Shown piece after piece: positions 28,111-35,663 of a stretch of DNA of 64,000 bases. The notes beneath the pieces were generated by a model. It did no database searches, was not told where the DNA came from, and worked only from the letters and a program-made list of their open reading frames with translations. The translations under genes and the position numbers were made by a program. Each line of letters opens with the position of its first letter. The stretch's first letter is position 1. This DNA is from a virus. Location of the stretch: IMG/VR virus record IMGVR_UViG_3300029454_000001, positions 14,344 through 78,343 of that record. One strand, written 5' to 3'.

Positions 28111-28305
28111 TCATATTTTTAATTCCGTAAAAATATTTTCAATTACTTTCCACTCTGCGAATACTGCCATTGTTAATAATGGTATTGCTGAAAGTCCCCA
28201 ATTATTTTCAATCATCATTTGTATTGTGGCTATCAAATAATCTGCTACCCATTTGAATATTATGAAATTCGCAATTATCCAACATATTTTTCTGATTTTG
28301 TTCAT
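28111..28305 (-). CDS. small membrane protein
   Basis: Two hydrophobic helices; start at ATG 28305 avoids overlap with the upstream gene. Confidence 0.4.
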   Translation of the reverse strand: MNKIRKICWIIANFIIFKWVADYLIATIQMMIENNWGLSAIPLLTMAVFAEWKVIENIFTELKI

Positions 28306-28309
28306 TTTG

Positions 28310-28897
28310 TCACGCTTTCTTGACTGGCCATTCAAAGCCAAAATCTGAACGTTTGATTTTGCATTGTGGGCTTCCGTCCTTCCAGAAAACTAATCCCTCT
28401 ATCTCGTGTTCGGAAAGATATTTCTTGATTCCATAAAATGTACGCTCGACTTCAACGATATTGTTGCCATGTCTTACTAAAGAATCATCATCGTCATAAT
28501 ATGGATTGCCTTGAAAATGCTTTCCGACAGCTTCATATGTGCCATCTGGTAATTTACAACCTTGATTTGTCCACATTGAAGTTACATAATACGCTTCTAC
28601 AAACCACTTATCAGACGGATTATTCTCATCAACCTTTACCCATCCCGGCCAATGACCTGTAATCGCATCTGGTTCGCAACAGGGAATAAATCCCTCTGGT
28701 GGTATTTTGCCCTTCTTGCAGTCGTATCGTTTATAAAATTTTCCGTCAATTACTGCACAGCAAGAGCCGTCGTATTTGACTGTTGCAATTCCTTCTCCTT
28801 CAAGTACCCATTCCATACCCGGATGCGCTTTCGGTAGAGTCTTTACAATCTTGTGGTCTTTGAATTCTCGCTCAAATAATGTTGGTATCTTTTTCAT
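28310..28897 (-). CDS. minimal ATP-dependent ligase-like nucleotidyltransferase (RNA-ligase-like)
   Basis: Motif I ATVKYDGSC (KxDG), motif IV EGLVFW, motif V CKIKRSDFG; at 195 aa it is too short to carry an OB domain. Confidence 0.55.
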   Translation of the reverse strand: MKKIPTLFEREFKDHKIVKTLPKAHPGMEWVLEGEGIATVKYDGSCCAVIDGKFYKRYDCKKGKIPPEGFIPCCEPDAITGHWPGWVKVDENNPSDKWFVEAYYVTSMWTNQGCKLPDGTYEAVGKHFQGNPYYDDDDSLVRHGNNIVEVERTFYGIKKYLSEHEIEGLVFWKDGSPQCKIKRSDFGFEWPVKKA

Positions 28898-29178
28898 TTC
28901 CTCACCATCTTTCTTTTTGATTTCAAGTATTTTCTGTATTTGCGACTGTATTTACGAAGAATTAAATCGAGCATAATGCTATTTGTCTGTTCTACGTTTT
29001 CTGACATAGTTGTGAGATATGGATAATCTTCTCTATCATCTACTAATGTCTTGAAGATCAAGTCTAAAGCAAACTGAGCACTGACAGGTGGGTCGCACAG
29101 TTCAAAGTCTTTATCCTTGTACCACTCATCAATCTTATTTTGGAATCCATCAAAGGATATTTCTTCGTTCCATATCAT
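28894..29178 (-). CDS. hypothetical protein
   Basis: 94 aa; overlaps the neighbouring gene ends. Confidence 0.4.
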   Translation of the reverse strand: MIWNEEISFDGFQNKIDEWYKDKDFELCDPPVSAQFALDLIFKTLVDDREDYPYLTTMSENVEQTNSIMLDLILRKYSRKYRKYLKSKRKMVRK

Positions 29179-29202
29179 ACATTCACCTCAAATAAATTTA
29201 CA

Positions 29203-29838
29203 TTATTTTCTAAACCACCAAATATGTTTATCAAGAATATCCGCTTTTACATCACCATCAAAATAATATTCACACCCATCATCTGCAAATTCTGCTGGTG
29301 TTGTAAATTGTGGTATTCCATCTGGTTCCAATATGACACACGCCTGTCCAGAAATATAACTTGTTACAACGGCTGGTTCGCTACGCCACCAAACTTTTCT
29401 TCCGATAACATTTTTGTCAAAATCTATTTTGTTTAAGTCCATTGGATGTTCGGAAAAATCATCAATCATGCACTTCGCACGTTCAATACCACCTCTTACA
29501 TCACAGAATTTTTCGCCGTTTCTGGTTATAAACACATTTCCAATTGTTCTTGCTTCAAATTCATCGTGTCTGTATCTTGCATGATTGTACGGCGCATAAT
29601 TTATGCCCCAACATACAGGCTCTCCGTCGAATTGAACCAGATTCTCAAAACTTGGTTTTTCTTCTCTTGGGTAAGCCCATAAGTTATTATCTCCGTATTT
29701 TCCACCAATCGTATGTATATAGTCTTCTATTAGAACAACAAAATAAGGTTTTCCATTAATCACTGTGTCCCAGTGCATTTGATGCATTTTTAATTTGGAA
29801 ATGTCTGTATCTCTATCAATTAGTCTAATACTTTGCAT
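29203..29838 (-). CDS. hypothetical protein
   Basis: 211 aa; no motif recognised. Confidence 0.45.
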   Translation of the reverse strand: MQSIRLIDRDTDISKLKMHQMHWDTVINGKPYFVVLIEDYIHTIGGKYGDNNLWAYPREEKPSFENLVQFDGEPVCWGINYAPYNHARYRHDEFEARTIGNVFITRNGEKFCDVRGGIERAKCMIDDFSEHPMDLNKIDFDKNVIGRKVWWRSEPAVVTSYISGQACVILEPDGIPQFTTPAEFADDGCEYYFDGDVKADILDKHIWWFRK

Positions 29839-29857
29839 TTAATATTTCCTCCAAGTT

Positions 29858-30091
29858 TTATACGTTCACCTCGAACTCTTTCTTGCAGTTGCTACCCTTG
29901 CATTTCAATTTAAGATGCTGAATCTTTGTGTTTGGGCTAATCAAAAGTGCTTTCTTCTGGCAAAAAGGGCAACAGGCGTATTTCACTCCATTGATATTCC
30001 TCAATAATGCCTGTCCATTCCACGGCTCGGGTGGGTTCATGTATTCAGAAAAATCTATTCCTTCGGATTCTAATGCTGACTTAATGCTCAT
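29858..30091 (-). CDS. zinc-ribbon protein (Com-like)
   Basis: CPFCQKK...CKGSNCKKEF. Confidence 0.35.
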   Translation of the reverse strand: MSIKSALESEGIDFSEYMNPPEPWNGQALLRNINGVKYACCPFCQKKALLISPNTKIQHLKLKCKGSNCKKEFEVNV

Positions 30092-30318
30092 TTATTTACC
30101 TTTCTATTTCTTTTATGCTTTATTGGTCTTCCCTCTTTGGCTGCCCTTTTTATCATTCGTCGCACAACAGATTTAAAAACATTATCAAATTTCCGTTTCC
30201 CTTTTCTTCCAGCAATTTGTCTAAATTTTGGCTTTTTATTCATTTTTAAGCAGTTATTTGGTATTTGCCCAAAACCAGTTTTCATGACTTCTTCAATGCT
30301 TATTTTTTCTTGATCCAT
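30088..30318 (-). CDS. small basic protein
   Basis: 76 aa, Lys/Arg-rich C-terminus. Confidence 0.35.
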   Translation of the reverse strand: MDQEKISIEEVMKTGFGQIPNNCLKMNKKPKFRQIAGRKGKRKFDNVFKSVVRRMIKRAAKEGRPIKHKRNRKVNK

Positions 30319-30370
30319 TAAATTTTCCTCCGCTTCGGAATGCCATGCATTTTTCGGAAATTGTTCTGTT

Positions 30371-30556
30371 TTATTCGATCTGGAAAAGCAAAGAGCAAAG
30401 CATTTTCTTTACAGATTCAATCATTACTGATGGTTTACTGTGTTCAATCCACTCTGCTACATCTTTTGCTAAAAACAGTGGTTTCTCTGCTTTTCCATAA
30501 ACACGAAACTGTTTTCCCAACACTTCTTGTTCATTTAATACTTTCAGTTCATTCAT
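30371..30556 (-). CDS. truncated Bro-N/antirepressor N-terminal domain protein
   Basis: FRVYGKAEKPLFLAKDVAEWIEH matches the Bro-N core, but the protein is only 61 aa. Confidence 0.45.
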   Translation of the reverse strand: MNELKVLNEQEVLGKQFRVYGKAEKPLFLAKDVAEWIEHSKPSVMIESVKKMLCSLLFQIE

Positions 30557-30723
30557 TTCTCTCTTTTCTCCCTATGCTTCATCTGACAGGCAATCATTTT
30601 AGCTATGTTTTCACGTTCCTGTTTTATTCCATGCCCCTGCCGGAACAATTCACATTCCAGAATCTGTCCACATTTGGAACATTCGTCTTTGATTTCTTTA
30701 CCGCATACTTCAATCATTTTCAT
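30553..30723 (-). CDS. small Cys-containing protein (56 aa, below the ORF-track cutoff)
   Basis: ATG 30723 overlaps the upstream stop and TGA 30555-30553 overlaps the next ATG; MKMIEVCGKEIKDECSKCGQILECE. Confidence 0.45.
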   Translation of the reverse strand: MKMIEVCGKEIKDECSKCGQILECELFRQGHGIKQERENIAKMIACQMKHREKREK

Positions 30724-31087
30724 CACCACAGTAAATCAATAAGTAATTTGCAATTTTTCTAAGATCATTTTTCCCATACAGACGAATTCCATCTTGCAAT
30801 CCTCTGTCAATCAGCCAATCAGCTAACTTTATTGGTTGTGTAGGTGGTTCATCTTTGGATTTTTCTATCTTAAAATCATCTATTAAACCACCTCTATTTA
30901 TAAGTTCAGAAAGTTCGCTCATCGGTACTATGCCTCCTTGTTTTCCATCTTCTTTTCCCGCCCTAAACTCGCAACAACACCCTGGCTCAGTAAAGTCTGC
31001 ACAATATTCACTATCGCCATTGAAGCAAACACATGTGAAGTTATCATGTTTTCTACAATTCTTGCAACATTTTTCTTCCATAAACAC
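30710..31087 (-). CDS. Cys-rich hypothetical protein
   Basis: 125 aa; CCKNCRKH..CVCFNGDSEYCADFTEPGCCCEF. Confidence 0.45.
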   Translation of the reverse strand: MFMEEKCCKNCRKHDNFTCVCFNGDSEYCADFTEPGCCCEFRAGKEDGKQGGIVPMSELSELINRGGLIDDFKIEKSKDEPPTQPIKLADWLIDRGLQDGIRLYGKNDLRKIANYLLIYCGDEND

Positions 31088-31198
31088 CTCTTGTTAAAAA
31101 AGTCCAGTGCGCCGACTTGAACGGCATAAATCTCCCAACGAGAAACACTGGAACTTTAAGGGGGAAAATGCAACTTCTGGCAATGGCAATTTTCCAGA

Positions 31199-31270
31199 TA
31201 GAAACAACAGGAATCGAACCTGTGTCACATGATATTCAATATCATTGCTCTACCACTGAGCTATGTTTCA
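31199..31270 (-). tRNA. anomalous class-I tRNA with anticodon UGA (Ser codon UCA) and a U1-U72 mismatch
   Basis: Minus strand TGAAACA-TA-GCTC-AGTGGTA-GAGC-A-ATGAT-ATTGAAT-ATCAT-GTGAC-ACAGG-TTCGATT-CCTGT-TGTTTCT-A; short variable loop, no encoded CCA. Confidence 0.6.
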
Positions 31271-31329
31271 TATCCCGCCTGTCACGGACAGTTCTTTTCA
31301 AAGGAACTGGGATGGGTTTCACTTTTGCT

Positions 31330-32781
31330 TCATTCGACAGTAATACAAGCGTATCTTTCTGAATTGATTGTGTTTTCCATAGCTTCAATCGGATTGTATC
31401 CAAGATTCTGTAAGATTTGTTTAAAAACTGTTACAGATTGACCACTTGCAAGTTGTACGCCTTTTCTCTTGGAATCTGCATGGAATACATCATGTCTGCT
31501 GTTTACATTCCAGAAGATAACGTTTGGAATAACATATCCAGATTTATGAAACTTGTTTGCCATCTTATCATAAAATGACCAATCTCGATTTCCACAATAA
31601 TCAATTTCCATATCAGAAATTACGACAATAGCTTTTGGCATTTCTTCCTGTGAAATATTATTTTTTTCTGCGATATCAAGCACCTTTTTAAATGCAGCTT
31701 TAAGGTTTGTACTACCGCCCCAATCTGCCCCTTTAGCATTATTGATTTTCTGTGAAAGGGTTTCACCCTTTAAAACAACTGTTTCTGGATTGCTCGAAAA
31801 TGTCATAAACAAATTGTGGTATGCCCCAACATTTCTTTCGGCAAAGTATATTGCCAATCCGATTGACGTTGCCATTGGTCTTCCGGTCATCGAACCGGAT
31901 ACATCAGCCATAATCAAAGCATTTGTTCCCTGTTCTATGTAATTTGGGAGTGCTTTCCATTGTGCTTCAAGAACTTTATTGTTCTCTCGTCCGTAAATGA
32001 TTTTTTCAACGATGTCATAAGGATACAAAGTTGAAGCGTTGATTTTAACTTCTCCTTTATCAGCCTTATTAATAAAATCATTAAATCCATCTGGATCATG
32101 TTTTGCAAAAGCTCTGCGATAAATCATCATTGCACGGCTCGGAACTTCTGGATATTTAATCTCATTCCATTTACCGGCAGACATAAGGCTTTCAACAACA
32201 CCGATCTGTTTTCTCATACTACGAACAATCCTTTTGAAGTTGTAGACTGGATAACCCAACTTCTGTGCAGTCAAGATTCCTAACTTCCTAGTTTCTCTGC
32301 TACTTGCATCAGCAGTCTTAATCCATTTAGCAAGTAAAGAAATCGCTTTTCCCTCATTAAGATTCTTCAAATCTTCCTCGAACTGAATCTTCATGGTTTT
32401 CCACATATCGTCTTCCATTGGTGTTCCAATCAGTTCATACAGATCATCGTATCTCCCGAATACTCCAATCAAGTCAAGATTCGGTCTAAGTGCTCCTGGA
32501 TGATGTTCAGCCATGTAACGGATAATGGTTCGGAAAGTTTTTCTCTCTCCAAGCCCGTAACGAATATCTCTTGCATAAAAAGCAATCTTTGTGGCAAAGA
32601 GTTTATCCTGTTCAAATGCTTCTGAGAATAAAGTGGTGATTCTATTTTCATCAGCTTCTCTCAATGCGCCAATAGTTCCGAACAGGTCAAGTCTTGCATC
32701 GCTTGTAGTATTCAGCGCAACTGCTCCGTTTTCGGTTCTTGTAAACTTGCTTTCTTCTTTCATTGCATTTGCAAAATCCAT
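31330..32781 (-). CDS. Ro60-like architecture protein: helical N-domain plus MIDAS vWA domain (DUF2828-type)
   Basis: 483 aa; MIDAS residues ADVSGSMTG, GGSTN, VISDMEID; I recognise the N-terminal helical region as DUF2828-like; SD AAAGGAGAA. Confidence 0.6.
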   Translation of the reverse strand: MDFANAMKEESKFTRTENGAVALNTTSDARLDLFGTIGALREADENRITTLFSEAFEQDKLFATKIAFYARDIRYGLGERKTFRTIIRYMAEHHPGALRPNLDLIGVFGRYDDLYELIGTPMEDDMWKTMKIQFEEDLKNLNEGKAISLLAKWIKTADASSRETRKLGILTAQKLGYPVYNFKRIVRSMRKQIGVVESLMSAGKWNEIKYPEVPSRAMMIYRRAFAKHDPDGFNDFINKADKGEVKINASTLYPYDIVEKIIYGRENNKVLEAQWKALPNYIEQGTNALIMADVSGSMTGRPMATSIGLAIYFAERNVGAYHNLFMTFSSNPETVVLKGETLSQKINNAKGADWGGSTNLKAAFKKVLDIAEKNNISQEEMPKAIVVISDMEIDYCGNRDWSFYDKMANKFHKSGYVIPNVIFWNVNSRHDVFHADSKRKGVQLASGQSVTVFKQILQNLGYNPIEAMENTINSERYACITVE

Positions 32782-32934
32782 GTTTCTTCTCCTTTCAGGA
32801 CACGAAAAATATAAAATATACGAATTAGATTTTATTTAAGTGAGTTGCTGTAAGCGTCCCATAAATTTCATGATGCTTTTGTGTTTCATAATTAAAAGTT
32901 ATGCCCAAAATGATTGCTGTAAGCATCACATAAT

Positions 32935-33023
32935 TGCCCCGACAGGATTTGAACCTATAAAATTATTTGCAGTGAAGAACACAAACATGTTCTAATCGGT
33001 TTTCCGTAACCGATAACCGGGGC
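32935..33023 (-). ncRNA. tRNA-like RNA A (89 nt, non-canonical)
   Basis: GCCCCGG acceptor arm, D-like arm ATCGG/CCGAT with a GG loop, T arm ATAGG-TTCAAAT-CCTGT. The anticodon-position hairpin AGAACA-TGTTTG-TGTTCT has a 6- or 8-nt loop. The acceptor plus T stack is one bp short. Confidence 0.45.
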
Positions 33024-33025
33024 AG

Positions 33026-33139
33026 TGACGAGGGATGGGTTCGAACCACCAACCTATGCCTTGTAATGGAGTAAATTGCTGTTATAGTCACAAACATGAC
33101 TAATATTCTCATTGCTCTGTCCAATTGAGCTACCTCGTC
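33026..33139 (-). ncRNA. tRNA-like RNA B (114 nt, extended anticodon-position arm)
   Basis: Canonical GACGAGG/CCTCGTC acceptor, GCTC-AATTGGACA-GAGC D arm and GGTGG-TTCGAAC-CCATC T arm. A 62-nt insert between them ends in hairpin TAGTCA-TGTTTG-TGACTA. It lies 2 nt from RNA A. Confidence 0.45.
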
Positions 33140-33198
33140 TAAAAACCAACAATAGCTATGCTAAAGTCAGATTTCCTATCTACACTTGGTAGATGGAA

Positions 33199-33270
33199 TA
33201 GCAGGAGACGGATTCGAACCGCCGTTTCCATGGATATGAGCCATGTGAGATTCCGCTTCTCTATCCTGCT
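33199..33270 (-). tRNA. tRNA with CAU anticodon (Met-type; could be Ile2)
   Basis: AGCAGGA-TA-GAGA-AGCGGAA-TCTC-A-CATGG-CTCATAT-CCATG-GAAAC-GGCGG-TTCGAAT-CCGTC-TCCTGCT-A. Confidence 0.8.
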
Positions 33271-33429
33271 ATGTACATGTTTGGAAGAACCATTTCAGCA
33301 CGTTCACTTATTGACTACTAGAGGAAGTCACTATATCACCGATAAACAGTACGTATTCGGAACTCGGTTATACATTCCTACGCACTGCTCTGTGCTTTTC
33401 CTACCACCAAACTTTCAGTCTCCAAACAA

Positions 33430-33498
33430 TCGGAAAGGATGGATTCGAACCATCAAGACCTAGTCGACTAGCCCGTTCCCAGTTACTTGCACTTTCCG
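33430..33498 (-). ncRNA. tRNA-like minihelix element D (acceptor plus T arm only)
   Basis: CGGAAAG/CTTTCCG acceptor and GATGG-TTCGAAT-CCATC T arm. The D and anticodon arms are replaced by CAAG...CTTG enclosing the palindrome CTAGTCGACTAG. Confidence 0.4.
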
Positions 33499-33789
33499 AA
33501 TAACCCGGTTCTTCCGGGTTAGCAATAGGTTTATCGTGTTATGCTTTCCACTATCTACAAGTTTTAGTGCTGTAGATTCACTGGATATTTTTATGCGTCT
33601 TAGAACGGCATCTCTTGAAAACTCCTTTTATTAACGTGCGCTGCGTTAATGTTTTTAACTCCGAGACATACCAGCCGGGAAATCAGATCCATTTAAGCTA
33701 CGCCGTATCGCACATAAATTTACCTAATCCACACACTCAACTGGAAGTTTTTTCCACCCATATTACGGATGAATGGCATTTAGAAGAAA

Positions 33790-33862
33790 TGGAAGCTCTG
33801 GGATTCGAACCCAGGACTTACGGCTTATGAGGCCGTTGCTCTTACCGCTGAACTAAGCTTCC
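33790..33862 (-). tRNA. tRNA with CAU anticodon (Met/fMet/Ile2-type)
   Basis: GGAAGCT-TA-GTTC-AGCGGTAA-GAGC-A-ACGGC-CTCATAA-GCCGT-AAGTC-CTGGG-TTCGAAT-CCCAG-AGCTTCC-A. Confidence 0.8.
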
Positions 33863-34011
33863 TGAGATACCAGAAATAAGCCCGCCATAGATTTATTTCT
33901 GGCACTGTTGCAGTTCTTGACCACCAACCGCAACAAAGGTTTTCTGAAACACTTTTAGATTTCAGAAAAGAGTGTTATAAAATGAACTTGCGGCATTAGC
34001 GAAACCGCAAA

Positions 34012-34084
34012 CTGGGCTAACTGGATTCGAACCAGCAAATGCAGCAGTCAAAGTGCTGTGCCTTAACCGTTTGGCGATAGCCCA
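34012..34084 (-). tRNA. tRNA-Gln (UUG)
   Basis: TGGGCTA acceptor with U1-A72 and G73, anticodon arm CAGCA-CTTTGAC-TGCTG, T arm GCTGG-TTCGAAT-CCAGT. Confidence 0.8.
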
Positions 34085-34300
34085 TCAACCCCGGCGCACC
34101 ATTAAAACCGGGGAAGTCGTGATATTAAGCTAAACAAGTATATAAAATAAGAGTTTCCGCTACTCTGGATGCCTCGACTTATCACTTTCATAGGCTTTCC
34201 CGAGCCTACATGGATTAAGTCGAAGCTGCGCTTTTATGAATTTAACCCTTTCGATTAACTCGATCGGGATAATTCCAATTGGAATCGGTAAATACATTTG

Positions 34301-34477
34301 TCACCTCGTGCAAATTAAGAAAATATTCAGTGCAAAACATATTTCTAAACAAATACAGAATAAAATCTGTATTACGCTTGTCTTTCCTTCTTCGTTCAGT
34401 ATTGCTAAAGTGCCAGCTAGAACCAGAACAAAAAATGCAAGATTTACAGCTGTTCCAATTACATTAAGTGCATTCAT
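34301..34477 (-). CDS. small membrane protein (58 aa, below the ORF-track cutoff)
   Basis: MNALNVIGTAVNLAFFVLVLAGTLAIL...; SD GGGAGGA 8 nt upstream of ATG 34477. Confidence 0.4.
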   Translation of the reverse strand: MNALNVIGTAVNLAFFVLVLAGTLAILNEEGKTSVIQILFCICLEICFALNIFLICTR

Positions 34478-34862
34478 TGTCTTTTTCCTCCCCGATTAAG
34501 AAGTCCAGAATTTTTTCTGCAATCTCTTCCTCTGGCTCAAATGGCATTCCACAGTAATTGTAGGATTCTAAAGCCGATTTTAGGCTTGATTTGAAACCAT
34601 TGTAAATCTCTCCATGTTGTAGTAATTCGTGCCTTAAAACACAAATTGCATCAGTAATTGATTGAGAAGTGACACTAATTTGTGCTAGGCACTCCATTTC
34701 AATGTCTGGAACAGCCATCATTTCAAACTCAAATACTGGAATTTCATCTACTGCGGTGTGGAAATCAACTGAGCGTACATTCGGAACTTTATTTCCATCA
34801 ATAAAACATTTTGTTCCACGCCAATCATAGGGGTTGGGGTTTGTGATCTTCACTATCGGCAT
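34464..34862 (-). CDS. hypothetical protein
   Basis: Start moved to ATG 34862 (MPIVKITNPN) behind AAAGGGG. Confidence 0.45.
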   Translation of the reverse strand: MPIVKITNPNPYDWRGTKCFIDGNKVPNVRSVDFHTAVDEIPVFEFEMMAVPDIEMECLAQISVTSQSITDAICVLRHELLQHGEIYNGFKSSLKSALESYNYCGMPFEPEEEIAEKILDFLIGEEKDNECT

Positions 34863-35241
34863 CTTCGTACCCCTTTCTTTTAGTTTCACAGTAGAGAAGA
34901 AGGTGTTTCGCAATCTCTTCCAACTGTAGAATGTTGTATTTTGGAATTTCCCATGTTTTTTGTTTCAATAGTGGGGAAAGTGGAATACCTTCATTTGGTA
35001 GTTCGCAAGTTACTGTGGCATTGATAATCATGGACGCTGTATCAATGGGAGATTCTGGAAAACTATCCTTATTATCACTTATTGGTACGTATAGCATGGA
35101 TAACTTTTTCCATTCTCCGTTTTCCTTTGAAAATATTTCTCCGTTTTGTACTTTAAGTGTTCTAATAGCTTCTCTTGAAATATCTTCTTCTTTTTCACAT
35201 TTACGAACATCATTCCCAATGATGTATAAAAAACAATTCAT
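34825..35241 (-). CDS. hypothetical protein
   Basis: 138-aa ORF; start overlaps the upstream stop. Confidence 0.45.
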   Translation of the reverse strand: MNCFLYIIGNDVRKCEKEEDISREAIRTLKVQNGEIFSKENGEWKKLSMLYVPISDNKDSFPESPIDTASMIINATVTCELPNEGIPLSPLLKQKTWEIPKYNILQLEEIAKHLLLYCETKRKGYEDADSEDHKPQPL

Positions 35242-35663
35242 CCCTCTTCCGCCTCCCCGAAATATTTCTTGTAAAGCTTATGGCTGCAATACCACAGATG
35301 CTGCATCACAAAAATTTTATCAATACATTCCAAGTCATAATACATCACTCTGTACTCGGCGGTTCTGTCTCCGTTTTCATCAACACTATAACCAGTTAAT
35401 TCAGATTTTGATTTTGCGCCAAACCATCTACCGTTCTTTGTAACAAACAAAGAAAGATTCCCATATTCACAAACATATGTGGCGGTTTGAGTATCATACA
35501 ATCTGCCATCAGCTAATATTGCTTTTGCGTGAATTGGCTTCACCAGTTTCCGAATTGCCGGGGATTCCTGTCCAACATTTTCATATGCTTGGTTTGTTTC
35601 CGAAACACCTTTTTTATTTTTTAAGAAAAATTTAAGCACGTCTTTTCCTCCAGAAATATTCAT
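35238..35663 (-). CDS. hypothetical protein
   Basis: 141 aa; ATG 35663; its 5' end overlaps the RHH ORF by about 30 nt. Confidence 0.45.
   Translation of the reverse strand: MNISGGKDVLKFFLKNKKGVSETNQAYENVGQESPAIRKLVKPIHAKAILADGRLYDTQTATYVCEYGNLSLFVTKNGRWFGAKSKSELTGYSVDENGDRTAEYRVMYYDLECIDKIFVMQHLWYCSHKLYKKYFGEAEEG

Noticed and set aside
33026-33139. Group I intron inside tRNA-like B
   Set aside because: The insert is only about 25-45 nt beyond a normal tRNA. That is far too short for a group I intron, and no P3-P8 core is evident.
33430-33498. tRNA-like element D as an amber-suppressor tRNA, because CTA occurs in its central hairpin
   Set aside because: The central hairpin CTAG-TCGA-CTAG has a 4-nt loop and there is no D arm, so it cannot present an anticodon.
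33158-33830. Plus-strand ORFs 33158..33463 (101 aa) and 33615..33830 (71 aa)
   Set aside because: They read through the antisense of tRNA genes (for example RRIRTAV across a T arm), have no SD, and one uses a TTG start. They are spurious.
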